DNA of 64,000 nt from a candidate division FCPU426 bacterium. GTDB lineage: Bacteria > Oederibacteriota > Muellerivitia > Muellerivitales > Muellerivitaceae. Below the pieces are notes generated by a model. It made no database searches. It was given only the letters and a program-made list of their open reading frames with translations, and was not told the DNA's origin. Shown here in pieces: positions 1 to 9,873 of the stretch (within the stretch, counting starts at the first letter, position 1; every line of letters starts with the position of its first letter). Both the position numbers and the translations under genes were made by a program. The stretch lies in assembly GCA_963796105.1 (NCBI GenBank), contig CAWCKJ010000010.1:1-64000 (forward strand), written 5' to 3'.

Positions 1-215
1 TAAAACTATCCATAATTCTTGAAAATGGTCTTGTAATAATAAACTTTCGTTTTTTTTGATCGGGGTTTTAAAAAATATCCTATTAATTTTTAAAAACCTT
101 GAATAACCGTTTTGTTTTATTTTTATTTATCAGAACTTTCAGCGAAGATAAAAATAATTGCAGGATCGTTCTTCGAGTATTTTTATAATAGCAATCATTT
201 TGACTGGAGGAATGG

Positions 216-1502
216 ATGAAAAAAAAACTTGGTATATTCGTCGCAACGGCGAGTTTGCTTTTGGCTCTAGGATGTTCTCACCATTCGGGCGGGGAAAAAT
301 CCGGCATAACTCTCACATGCATTGGCTGGGGGGATATCGAAGAGGCCAAGATCATCCAGGCCGCGGTGAATGATTTCAAGAAAGTTCATCCCGGGGTAGA
401 AGTGAAGTTGCAGAGAGCGCCTTACGGAGAATACATTACCAAGGTTCTGACCCAGTTCTCGGGAGGTATGGCACCGGATGTGATGGCGGTCAATGCCGAG
501 CAGATGATTTCTTTCGCCTCCAGAGGTGTATTTCAGGATCTGAAACCCTATGTCGACAAAGATTCCTCCATTAAACTCTCTGATTTTTATCCCGAGGCGA
601 TAGACCATTACACCTACAACGGCATTTTGACCGCCATTCCAAGGGACATCGCGCCCGTAGCGGTGATTTACTACAATAAGAAGAAATTCGATGAGGCTGG
701 TCTGCCCTATCCCAAAGACGGTTGGACTTACGAAGAGTTTGCGGAAACGGCCCAAAAATTGCTGAAAAAAGACGCCAAGGGAAGGGTGACCCAGTACGGA
801 TTCCTGGATGACTATCCGACCTGGGACGCTTGGGTTTACGCATTCGGGGGGAGCTTGGTGGACGATGAGAAAAAGCCCACCCGGTGCACTTTGGACAGCG
901 CCGCAGCAATAGCGGGGGTTCAGTTCCGCTCCGACCTCATTTACAAGTACGGTTGTACACCCAGTCCCAGCGCTACCACCGCCATGGGCGGCCTGGGAAA
1001 TTCGGACCATTTCATCAATGGTTCAGTGGCCATGTTCCACAGCGGGATATGGATGACCCCCCGATTCCGCCAGATCAAGGATTTCGAGTGGGATACGGTT
1101 GAATTTCCTACAGGACCCGGGGGACATAGAGGTTTCCCATTAAGCGCCGCTGGCTACGGCATCATTAAGACCTGCAAGAATCCGCAAATGGCCTACGAAC
1201 TGGTGAAGTTTTTAGCCGCGGAAGTAGGCCAAAAGTACATGGCGGCCACTGGATTGACCCAGCCTGCCATTAAGGCTCTAGCCCAGTCTCCAGTCTTCTT
1301 AGACGGATTGGAACCGAAGTCGAAGGGGTTCCTCGTGGACGCAGTGAAAGAGGGGCATTACCAACCGCTTGACCCCAATATCAACGAGTGGAAAGCCAGG
1401 GTGGACTCGGCATTGGACCGGGTCTGGAACGAGGACGAACCGGCCCAGAAGGTGCTGACTAAGGTGACAAAAGAAATCAACGCGAAGTTTTTCAAGAAAT
1501 AA
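216..1502 (+). CDS. Sugar ABC transporter substrate-binding lipoprotein
   Basis: Lipobox LALGC; APDVM and YYNKKKFDEAGL motifs typical of family-1 carbohydrate SBPs; GGAGG RBS upstream. Confidence 0.9.
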   Translation: MKKKLGIFVATASLLLALGCSHHSGGEKSGITLTCIGWGDIEEAKIIQAAVNDFKKVHPGVEVKLQRAPYGEYITKVLTQFSGGMAPDVMAVNAEQMISFASRGVFQDLKPYVDKDSSIKLSDFYPEAIDHYTYNGILTAIPRDIAPVAVIYYNKKKFDEAGLPYPKDGWTYEEFAETAQKLLKKDAKGRVTQYGFLDDYPTWDAWVYAFGGSLVDDEKKPTRCTLDSAAAIAGVQFRSDLIYKYGCTPSPSATTAMGGLGNSDHFINGSVAMFHSGIWMTPRFRQIKDFEWDTVEFPTGPGGHRGFPLSAAGYGIIKTCKNPQMAYELVKFLAAEVGQKYMAATGLTQPAIKALAQSPVFLDGLEPKSKGFLVDAVKEGHYQPLDPNINEWKARVDSALDRVWNEDEPAQKVLTKVTKEINAKFFKK

Positions 1503-1519
1503 AAGAAAGCTAAGATTGA

Positions 1520-2446
1520 TTAATAACTGTTTTTCTTGATGAAACGGATGACTTCACCGAAGTCCGCGCTCGCCAAGGCCACGCAGGTGTCGGCTGCCCC
1601 GTAATAGACATCCAATTTGCCGGTTTTTTCGTCCAGGATGCTCGCTGTTGGGAACACTACATTCGGCACGAAACCCACACGTTCATAGTCGGCGGTGGGG
1701 GCCATTAAGTAGCGCCTAGTCCGGTATTTCACCTTCCAGGGTTTGTTTAAATCCAAAATTGCCCCTCCCATGGAATAGACGAAACCATTGCAAGTCGTAT
1801 GAACTCCATGGTAAATCATGACCCACCCTTCTTTGGTTTCAATCGGGGTTGGTCCGGCCCCTACCTTTGTCATTTGCCATCCGGTGGTCCTTCCGAAAAC
1901 GAATTTGTGCCCCCCCCAATGAATCAGGTCGGGACTGGTGGCGTAAAATACGTCGCCATAGGGAGTATGTCCATTATCGGAAGGGCGGTGCAGGAGGGCG
2001 TATTGATCGTTGATTTTCCTAGGGAAAAGCACAGCGTTTCGATTGTATGGCAAAAGAATGGTCGCCATCTGAAAGAAATTCTTAAAATCCTTTGTGCGGG
2101 CCAGGCCGATGGAGGGACCGGAAGAAGGGTAATAGCACCATGTAATGTAATATGTCTCCCCGATTTTAGTGATGCGGGGGTCATAACCCATCCCACAAGG
2201 AATGGTGTCAGGTACTTCACCAGTTAGTTTCATGCGGTCTGGTTGTATATCCCAGTGGATTCCGTCCCGGCTGAAGCCTATGTGCAGTTCCATTAACATT
2301 TCCTGGGTGTCCACGCGGAATATGCCAGCGTATGCGTCCTTAAAACGCACCACAGCGCTGTTCATAATAACATTGGCGTTTGGGACAGCCTCCGATGTGA
2401 TGATTGGATTCTGGGAATAGCGTTGAAAAACAGTTTCATTAGCCAC
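1520..2446 (-). CDS. GH130 beta-mannoside/manno-oligosaccharide phosphorylase
   Basis: Motifs IMNSAVV, YDPRIT, NRNAVLFPRKIN, RPSDNGHTPYGD, KVGAGPTPI, YERVGFVPNVVFP, YYGAADT; GTG start with GGAGG RBS. Confidence 0.92.
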   Translation of the reverse strand: MANETVFQRYSQNPIITSEAVPNANVIMNSAVVRFKDAYAGIFRVDTQEMLMELHIGFSRDGIHWDIQPDRMKLTGEVPDTIPCGMGYDPRITKIGETYYITWCYYPSSGPSIGLARTKDFKNFFQMATILLPYNRNAVLFPRKINDQYALLHRPSDNGHTPYGDVFYATSPDLIHWGGHKFVFGRTTGWQMTKVGAGPTPIETKEGWVMIYHGVHTTCNGFVYSMGGAILDLNKPWKVKYRTRRYLMAPTADYERVGFVPNVVFPTASILDEKTGKLDVYYGAADTCVALASADFGEVIRFIKKNSY

Positions 2447-2566
2447 AAAAGTCCTCCTGTATATGAGAAGAAGTTATTTTTTTAAAATTCGTTTTAAAAC
2501 ACACCGGCATTTTACCTAATAATTTGAAACGCACCATAACAACATTTATAAATCGAAATAGACCTC

Positions 2567-3313
2567 TTAGATTTTCAAACTCGTCTTGAAATTTCTTAAA
2601 ATCTCCAATGTGTGCTCAGGATTACGAACTTGGATACAATCCACCACCTGTAAGGCGGGATAATCATTGCCAGCCGGCTCGAGCTTGTCCCCAAAGAATA
2701 GGGCTTCCGATGGTTTCAAGTTGTTCGCGGCCAAAAACTTACGGATTCCCCATGCCTTGTCCACCCCTTTTGGAGTTATATCGATGGAAGTAGTACCCCC
2801 AATCCTCATTGAGTATTTATCCCCTAAACGGGTTTTCAAGAAATCTAGCCAGAGCTTCCGCTTATATCCGTCGGGATCATCGGCTCTTTTTTTGTCATCG
2901 GGCGCGTTCCTGCCTAGAGAGGAAAGTGTAATTTGGGAACCCCGGTCCTGAAGTTGATCCTCCTTAGTTGTCAGGGGACGAATGCCGTATTTAGATATCA
3001 AAGCTTCAAATGCATCCAGGATTTCTTTCTTTTCGGAAAGGCTGAATGCCATACGGTATTGTTCTTTGAAAATGGCTTTGTTGCCCAGATATTCCACCTT
3101 TACGTAATGTGTTCCAGATGCTGGCAAGAAGTGGTGGGGAACAGTCAAGGAAGGAGTAATTTGTTCTGAAATCTGTTGGAGATTGCTGCCGCTGATGAAC
3201 GCGAAAGAACATCCTCCGCGGATGATTCGCTCAATCTCGCGGGCCATATCGGAAGAGATGGGTTTCGTGCTGGGACAAATAGTGTCATCAACATCGGCAA
3301 TAAGGGTTAACAT
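2567..3313 (-). CDS. HAD-IIB hydrolase, phosphomannomutase-like
   Basis: DVDDT (DxDxT) nucleophile motif, GGTTSIDITPKGVDK, FFGDKLEPAGND resembling PMM-type HAD enzymes. Confidence 0.8.
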   Translation of the reverse strand: MLTLIADVDDTICPSTKPISSDMAREIERIIRGGCSFAFISGSNLQQISEQITPSLTVPHHFLPASGTHYVKVEYLGNKAIFKEQYRMAFSLSEKKEILDAFEALISKYGIRPLTTKEDQLQDRGSQITLSSLGRNAPDDKKRADDPDGYKRKLWLDFLKTRLGDKYSMRIGGTTSIDITPKGVDKAWGIRKFLAANNLKPSEALFFGDKLEPAGNDYPALQVVDCIQVRNPEHTLEILRNFKTSLKI

Positions 3314-3384
3314 TTTTCACCTAGAAAATCTCGAGTTGGAAGGGCAACATCATACAACAAACGGTAAAAACAGGGAAATCCCTT

Positions 3385-3402
3385 TATTAAAACCTTTTAA
3401 TA
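3385..3402. promoter_or_regulatory. Candidate LacI-family operator between HAD gene and divergent lacI gene
   Basis: Palindrome TATTAAAA-CC-TTTTAATA, related to sites at 4577 and 4681. Confidence 0.5.
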
Positions 3403-3546
3403 GGGCAGGCTAAATATTTTTATTGGCATAAAGGATATAACCATTCTTAACAATGCTTTATTTAATGATTAGAACAACCAATAAACCTGTTCGTCAAAGA
3501 TGATGTTAAAATAGGCACCCTTTTCATTAATTGTTTATGAGGTTTC

Positions 3547-4572
3547 ATGAGTACTCATTCCACCATTAAAGACGTCGCGAAAAAAGCCGGCGTTTCCATT
3601 ACTACTGTCTCATTTGTCCTGAATAACCGCCAAGATGTAGCGATCAGCGAGGAAGTCAAAAAACGCGTCCTAAAGGTTGCCCGGGAATTGGATTACCATC
3701 CCAGCGCTATGGCGGCGGGTTTGGCGGGAAAAAGGACTAGAAACCTGGGTGTTCTTTTCTACCAGGAAGACAATATGATCTCCAACCCCTTTTATTCATT
3801 CATCGTCGAAGGGGTTGTCCGGGAGACTATTGAAAAGGGATTCAACCTTTTTTTCTCGTACCAGGAGTCGCCCTATAATGGCTACCAGAGTCTTCCCAGG
3901 ATCATTCGGGAAAAAAACGTGGACGGAGTCCTCTTAATCGGCCGTTGCGATCCACATATGGTTGAGGATATCCAAAACCGGAACATTCCCATAGTTGCCA
4001 TCGAGAATTTTCCGACCCTTAAGAATGTGGATAGCATCCAGATTGAAAACAAACGAGGCGGAATCCTAGCGGTGGATCATCTGATCTCATTGGGACATAA
4101 GAACATCGGTCTCCTGACTGTCGAGGATCTGCGGCCCAGTATCGCTGAGAGGGAGGAGGGATGGAGAGCGTCCCATCTCAAGAGCAACCTGCCCTTAAAC
4201 CTTAATAACGTTTTCAAAAGTTCAATGTTCACTTTTCGAGGAGGTTACGAGAAGACCAAGGAACTCCTGAAGGAAAAAAAGAAAATCACCGCACTTTTTT
4301 GCGTAAACGATGAAATGGCGGCGGGAGCTTTGCGGGCAGCCCGTGAAATAGGGCGAAGGGTGCCGGAAGATTTAAGCGTGGTGGGATTTGACAACATTAT
4401 CATGAGCAACTATATAGATCCCCCCCTTACAACTATCAGCGTGGCTAAGGAGTACTTGGGAAAACTGGCGGTAATCAGGCTTCTGGAAGTAATGGAAAAC
4501 GAAAACCTTCCAGCTCGAAGGCAAGAAGTTCCTGTGGAGTTAGTCGTGAGAAACTCTACTGCTGGAATTTAA
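3547..4572 (+). CDS. LacI-family transcriptional regulator
   Basis: TIKDVAKKAGVSITTVSFVLN HTH; VPEDLSVVGFDN and PPLTTI in sugar-binding domain. Confidence 0.95.
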   Translation: MSTHSTIKDVAKKAGVSITTVSFVLNNRQDVAISEEVKKRVLKVARELDYHPSAMAAGLAGKRTRNLGVLFYQEDNMISNPFYSFIVEGVVRETIEKGFNLFFSYQESPYNGYQSLPRIIREKNVDGVLLIGRCDPHMVEDIQNRNIPIVAIENFPTLKNVDSIQIENKRGGILAVDHLISLGHKNIGLLTVEDLRPSIAEREEGWRASHLKSNLPLNLNNVFKSSMFTFRGGYEKTKELLKEKKKITALFCVNDEMAAGALRAAREIGRRVPEDLSVVGFDNIIMSNYIDPPLTTISVAKEYLGKLAVIRLLEVMENENLPARRQEVPVELVVRNSTAGI

Positions 4573-4645
4573 CGAGTAAAAGCGGTTTTAAATTTTGGTG
4601 GTTTTATGATTTTTTGTAAATCAAAGGCCAAGTTTGGGATTTACC

Positions 4646-4696
4646 TTGACAGTGAAAATAACGGGTGTTAATTTGCGTTTACTAAAACGGTTTAAC
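4646..4696 (+). promoter_or_regulatory. Sigma70-type promoter with overlapping candidate LacI operator
   Basis: TTGACA (4646) - 17 bp - TAATTT (4669) preceded by TG; ACTAAAACGGTTTAAC at 4681-4696 near expected start site. Confidence 0.65.
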
Positions 4697-4759
4697 TGGC
4701 TGTAAATATAATCTCGACACTTCCCGTAAAATTCATCAAAAGCTTTTAAGGAGGCTTTA

Positions 4760-5647
4760 ATGAAATACTTTGCCTATTTAACAATTGCTCTTTTTGCGAT
4801 GTCTTTTTTGCCGATTTTAACTTTCATGAGCGGCGGTTGTAGTAAAAGCGCCACCCAGCCCCGGTGGGACGCGACTAATACTCCCACCGTTACTTTTACC
4901 CCAGCCAATACGTCTACGACAACAAATACTTGCACAATCACCAACACATATACTCCGACCATTACTTTAACGTCTACTATTTCCGATACCCCTGGTAGCC
5001 CCACTGATACCCCGACAATAACAAATACACCAACTGATACACCCACAACTAATCCGAGTTTTACGGTCACTTTTACTCCAACTAACACAAATTCTCTTAC
5101 TCCCACTCCGACAATTAGTTCCCTGGACTTTACTTTCAGTTCGGCCGCCTCCATATCGGGTTGGTATTACAATCAAAGTGGTTCTGTAGGCGGGGGAGTC
5201 ACTACTTCGGCCACTGTGGGTTTTGATGGTACCGCCAGCTGCCCTCCGAATACAGGCGCGCTAGCGGTCACGATCGCTTTTACCGGCACCAATCAACAAG
5301 TAAATATACAATACGCTATTGGATCAACTGTGAATATGGCGGGTAAAGCAGTCAGCGCGGTAATAAATGTTCCTTCGGGTTATGCTCCGAACAACAATCC
5401 CCAAGGTGGCCATCTTTATGCACAAAATGGTTCTCCTAATTGGCTTTTTTATAAAGACCCCACCTATCAAAACTTAGGACCTGGGTGTGTCACTTTGACC
5501 ATGAATGTTCCAGCCACTATCACGGCTGTTACTGGCGGAAATTTCGATCCGACTCAAGTAGTTCTTATTGGATTAGAACTTGATAGTAACGCATCGGGGA
5601 CTACTTCCCAGACAATAGTGGATATTTTCAATTGGCTTTCTCAATAA
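4760..5647 (+). CDS. Lipoprotein with Thr/Pro-rich stalk and C-terminal CBM-like beta-sandwich
   Basis: Hydrophobic N-terminus ending SGGC; about 85 aa of TxTP repeats; C-terminal NMAGKAVSAVINV...FDPTQVVLIGLEL; AAGGAGG RBS. Confidence 0.7.
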   Translation: MKYFAYLTIALFAMSFLPILTFMSGGCSKSATQPRWDATNTPTVTFTPANTSTTTNTCTITNTYTPTITLTSTISDTPGSPTDTPTITNTPTDTPTTNPSFTVTFTPTNTNSLTPTPTISSLDFTFSSAASISGWYYNQSGSVGGGVTTSATVGFDGTASCPPNTGALAVTIAFTGTNQQVNIQYAIGSTVNMAGKAVSAVINVPSGYAPNNNPQGGHLYAQNGSPNWLFYKDPTYQNLGPGCVTLTMNVPATITAVTGGNFDPTQVVLIGLELDSNASGTTSQTIVDIFNWLSQ

Positions 5648-5663
5648 TATTAGCGAGGTCATC

Positions 5664-8600
5664 ATGAAACCATACGTTCTTTTAAAAAGGGCGGCCGCGA
5701 TGAGCGCCGCCTTTTTTATTGCTTCAATCTTGATGGGAGCTCCCGGCGGTTCCTTCGTTTGGGAGGATTTTGAACTTGGAACTTGTTACTGGGGCACACA
5801 ATTCGATGGAAGCCTCATGACCGATGGGATGATCTCGCCTGATTTTCCATCCCATGGGAAGTATGGTTTCCGAGGGCATTTCGCGATTTCCAAAGAAGGC
5901 GGTCGCACAGCATTCTCCACTGCTCAAGCAGGTGATCTGACAGGGACAAAAGACTTGTATGTTGACCTTTATAACGCTTCACCCGTTACTTTTACGGCGC
6001 AAGTAATCGTCAAGCAAGGCGTTCAATGGACTTGGTATAAAACCGATACATTGACCATCAAACCCGGGTGGAATAAGGACCTGGATTTCAACATGGCAGG
6101 TTTGAAGGATGACTCGGGAAAACTCATGTCCGCTCCGCTGAACGAACTTCACCTTGTGGCTCTTGTATTTGAAACGAAAGATGCGGGAGAAGGTCTCTTA
6201 TATATGGATAATATCCGCCTTTCCGGGGCCAATCCCCAGAAGGTGGTGATGGTCCGGGCGGAGGAAATGGCCTCTGGAACTGCGGTAACCATTACGGGAT
6301 TTGAGGATGGAACCTGCCCTCTTACTCCCGATTCCGGTTATTCGTCTGCCACCGCGGCAGAAGCGGTGTCGGCAGAGGAAGCGCCTGAAGGGACCCATGT
6401 GGCCCTTCTTTCCTATGACAATAAACAACCCGACGACCACGCTGGCTACAACTTGCAAGCGGACATGGATTTGTCCAAGGTCACAGGCATAGTTTATGAC
6501 GCTTTTAACCCGCTCAAAGAACCAGTGGACACTTGTATTTACGTCAATACAGGCGCCAACTGGACCTATTTCGAGTCTTCAACCCAATCCTTGAAACCAG
6601 GTTGGAATCATAACATCACATTCGCCTTGAAGGCCAAAACCTTCAAGAGTGAGGATTCCAAATGGACCAACACAGCCAGCATCAAGGGTATATCCGTTAC
6701 TCGGAAAATTGGACTAACCTTCTATCCACACCAAATCACCCGTTCTAATTTCATGGTGGATAACCTTCGATTCCTGACTAACGACCCCCATTCAATCCAA
6801 AACATGGTTAATGATCTTTTCCCAGTTACTCCCGCTATAATGGGAACCGACCACCTTTTCGAGGGCTTTGAAAAAGAGAAAACTACCTGGGGTGCCATCA
6901 TCGGGGGTAGTTCCAAGGCCACTGGGGCTACCATCGTGGCGGATGACCGTTCCACCGAGGGAACCCACATGCTGGAAGCCCATTTCGAGTTTGATGCTAA
7001 GGACCAGCAGGCTTGGTTCGGCGTCGATCAAAGCATGAACCTGAAGGATTCATCGGCCGTCAAGGTGGATATTTTCAATCCGGGTTCAGAATCCCTCCAG
7101 GCCGAAATAGTCATGAAGTTGGGCGACACCTACGATTGGAACGAATCGAAATCCATAACCATCAAACCAGGTTGGAACAAGGATGTCACTTTTCCTCTGA
7201 AAGCCAAGGTTTTCAAGAATGCCGCCACTAACTGGCAAAACCACGCTTACGCTGAGCCCTTGGACCAAGTGAAGTGCCTTTATATCGGTTTTATCTCCAG
7301 CGGTCCCATGAAGGGGTCCGCCTACTTTGATAATATCCGCATAACGGGTGCTTCCGCCGTGACCGTGGGTGCGCCTATTCCCAAGCACGAGCTTAAGGGA
7401 CGTGTGGTCATGTGGGATCCAGTCCAGGTGTTCGCGGCTGACGGCTGGCAAGCCGCCACTAGCCCCGGAAGCAATTCCTTTGCCGTCATTTCCGAGTATT
7501 CGAAATTCGAGGGTGAGGACGCTGTGGTGATGAAATACCGCACTATAAGCGATTCCCAGTCGGGCCAATTCGTCAAGACCCAACAAACGGATTGGAGCAA
7601 TGTTCTGGGACTCCAATTCGATTTTTACAATCCCCAACCGTATTCCCTGACATTCACCTTGGCCGTCCAAACGGGCCCCAACTGGGAATGGCAGGAAACC
7701 ACCGAGATGACCCTAAAACCCGGATGGAACCGGAAGGTCCAAGTGGACATCACCCAGCCCATCTTCAAGTCCCTCGACACCAACTGGAGCGCGACTGACC
7801 TCTTGCGCACTAGGGACGACATCCGCGCGGTCATCCTCAATGTTTATCCCCACCATGCCGGTAGCGGTTCACTCATCATGGCTAACTTGAGAACCATTGA
7901 AAGGGATCTGATAGGTCCTGTTTCAACCAACGATGTCGGACAAGTCGTTGGGGTAGCCTCGGAAACACAATTGACATTCCGGACCTTGAAATACACTTAT
8001 TTTGAGAGTTTTGAGGGGGATATTTCCCAATGGCAGCCAGTAGCCAACACATTATTGATCAAGTCCAATGCTTACCCAACTGATGGCAGCAAATCCCTGC
8101 GAATTGATTACCAAGGTGCCTTTGTTCCTAATGGGACAACACCTGAATTTTTTTACAAACCTCAAAAAGGAATAATTGACGTTTCATCCTTTAGCCATGT
8201 TCAATTTGATGTTTACAACCCAGGGCCACCCATTCAAATGGACATGGCATTTAAAACAGGTCCGGTGACTGAATGGATTGAATCAAATTCGATTACCGTC
8301 AGTTCTGGTTGGAACCGTAATCTCGATATCCCTCTTTTGGGAAACAACTTCAAATCCGCTAGAACGGCATGGAAAATGTGGGATACCTTACGAAACTCAA
8401 ACCAAGTGAGGGAGATCCATTTTAAAATCAACAATACGTATGGTCTCGGAACCATCTACTTGGACAATATTCGATTCGTTGGCGCGGGAACCCAGCAAAC
8501 AGACGGAATGACTAGCGAGCAAGTTTCCCTTAAATTCAACCCAAGCGACTCAGTCCAGTTGATCGCCGCGGGAAGCGTTGTGGGAACCGGGGCCAGCCAA

Positions 8601-9860
8601 GCCCAGTTCAACCTGGATAAAATAAGACTGGATTTGAGAGGCGGGGGTGACCAGCTTTCTCTATTTACTGGGGACCAGGTGATCGGCACAGACGATCCCA
8701 TGACAATGGTTTACGGCCCTCAAATAGGCAAACAAATTTTCGGCGCGGATGAGCGATATTATCTCAAGGATATCGCCATGGTCCAGGCTTCCGGTTTTGC
8801 ACAATACGGGGCAACTCCCAACACCTTGGGAAATACGACGGGATATATGGCACGGGTTAAATCCGCGGCCTTATACGACTGCTATTTCGGAGCGGGCCTT
8901 GTGGGCGCCCGGTTCGGGAATGTTCCGGGTTCCAATCCCTTGACCTCAAACGTGGAATCCGATGTCAAGACCTATGAGGCCGACATGCAGGGATACTTAA
9001 AGGATCTTCGTGTGGGCTTCCATGGTGAAGTGGCTCAAAGTGCCTATGATGGCTATTCCGGGAGTCCTTATCACCTTCAGGGTGATGGAAACAATAATGC
9101 CTATTACGCCGAATTGGATTATCAACTTGGTGCCTTTAAAATCCAAGGAACACGCTTGGAACACCAGCTGAATTTTTTCAATCCCTTTTCTTCGGCTGCC
9201 TACCAGGGTTCGGATCAGAACAGCGTCCAGTTTTATTGGCAGATGGACACCTTTTCCCTCGTCAAGGAAATGCAGACCTGGGGCCGATTCTGGAATGATT
9301 TCCTGACGGGGTTGAATTTCCAGATCCAATACTACGATTATTCCTCGGAGTCAAACACCTATGCCAACCACGATCTTCGGGCCTTCCTTCAAAACAACAC
9401 CTACCGACCCCCTCTTTACATGAATTTCTGGTGGCACTGGTACCAGGAAGGCCATCAGGTTGGGGATTCAGCTTTACCTAATCCATCTATCGGGGATAAC
9501 ACTCTAATTACTACCTCCAATTACGAACTTCACTATCAGTTCAACCCCAAACTCGTCCTGACCGGTTTGTTCCGGGACTCCTTTACCGACTATTGGGAGG
9601 CCTTCACATACGCCACTAATATTAAGTGGAAATTCTGGGGAAACACCTGGGTCACGGGTGACTACAAATATGTGGGACAGTACGGTAGCAGATTTGGCCA
9701 GTTCAATAACTTCTCGGCAGGTTTTACCAAGTATTTTATGGATAACTCCATTCAGGCTAGTTTGACCTATGGGGCGCCGAGCTTCGTGGGTTATTGGGAA
9801 GATGACAATAATCTTCAAACGGTCGATGAATGGGCACTGTCTTTAACCGGTAAATTCTGA
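5664..9860 (+). CDS. Large exported protein: five tandem CBM-like repeats plus probable outer-membrane beta-barrel
   Basis: Signal peptide; five repeats with (K/S)(P/S)GWN and (D/A)N(I/L)R(L/F/I/T); C-terminal ~450 aa aromatic-rich alternating pattern ending WALSLTGKF. Confidence 0.7.
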   Translation: MKPYVLLKRAAAMSAAFFIASILMGAPGGSFVWEDFELGTCYWGTQFDGSLMTDGMISPDFPSHGKYGFRGHFAISKEGGRTAFSTAQAGDLTGTKDLYVDLYNASPVTFTAQVIVKQGVQWTWYKTDTLTIKPGWNKDLDFNMAGLKDDSGKLMSAPLNELHLVALVFETKDAGEGLLYMDNIRLSGANPQKVVMVRAEEMASGTAVTITGFEDGTCPLTPDSGYSSATAAEAVSAEEAPEGTHVALLSYDNKQPDDHAGYNLQADMDLSKVTGIVYDAFNPLKEPVDTCIYVNTGANWTYFESSTQSLKPGWNHNITFALKAKTFKSEDSKWTNTASIKGISVTRKIGLTFYPHQITRSNFMVDNLRFLTNDPHSIQNMVNDLFPVTPAIMGTDHLFEGFEKEKTTWGAIIGGSSKATGATIVADDRSTEGTHMLEAHFEFDAKDQQAWFGVDQSMNLKDSSAVKVDIFNPGSESLQAEIVMKLGDTYDWNESKSITIKPGWNKDVTFPLKAKVFKNAATNWQNHAYAEPLDQVKCLYIGFISSGPMKGSAYFDNIRITGASAVTVGAPIPKHELKGRVVMWDPVQVFAADGWQAATSPGSNSFAVISEYSKFEGEDAVVMKYRTISDSQSGQFVKTQQTDWSNVLGLQFDFYNPQPYSLTFTLAVQTGPNWEWQETTEMTLKPGWNRKVQVDITQPIFKSLDTNWSATDLLRTRDDIRAVILNVYPHHAGSGSLIMANLRTIERDLIGPVSTNDVGQVVGVASETQLTFRTLKYTYFESFEGDISQWQPVANTLLIKSNAYPTDGSKSLRIDYQGAFVPNGTTPEFFYKPQKGIIDVSSFSHVQFDVYNPGPPIQMDMAFKTGPVTEWIESNSITVSSGWNRNLDIPLLGNNFKSARTAWKMWDTLRNSNQVREIHFKINNTYGLGTIYLDNIRFVGAGTQQTDGMTSEQVSLKFNPSDSVQLIAAGSVVGTGASQAQFNLDKIRLDLRGGGDQLSLFTGDQVIGTDDPMTMVYGPQIGKQIFGADERYYLKDIAMVQASGFAQYGATPNTLGNTTGYMARVKSAALYDCYFGAGLVGARFGNVPGSNPLTSNVESDVKTYEADMQGYLKDLRVGFHGEVAQSAYDGYSGSPYHLQGDGNNNAYYAELDYQLGAFKIQGTRLEHQLNFFNPFSSAAYQGSDQNSVQFYWQMDTFSLVKEMQTWGRFWNDFLTGLNFQIQYYDYSSESNTYANHDLRAFLQNNTYRPPLYMNFWWHWYQEGHQVGDSALPNPSIGDNTLITTSNYELHYQFNPKLVLTGLFRDSFTDYWEAFTYATNIKWKFWGNTWVTGDYKYVGQYGSRFGQFNNFSAGFTKYFMDNSIQASLTYGAPSFVGYWEDDNNLQTVDEWALSLTGKF

Positions 9861-9873
9861 GGGGAAATTCGAT

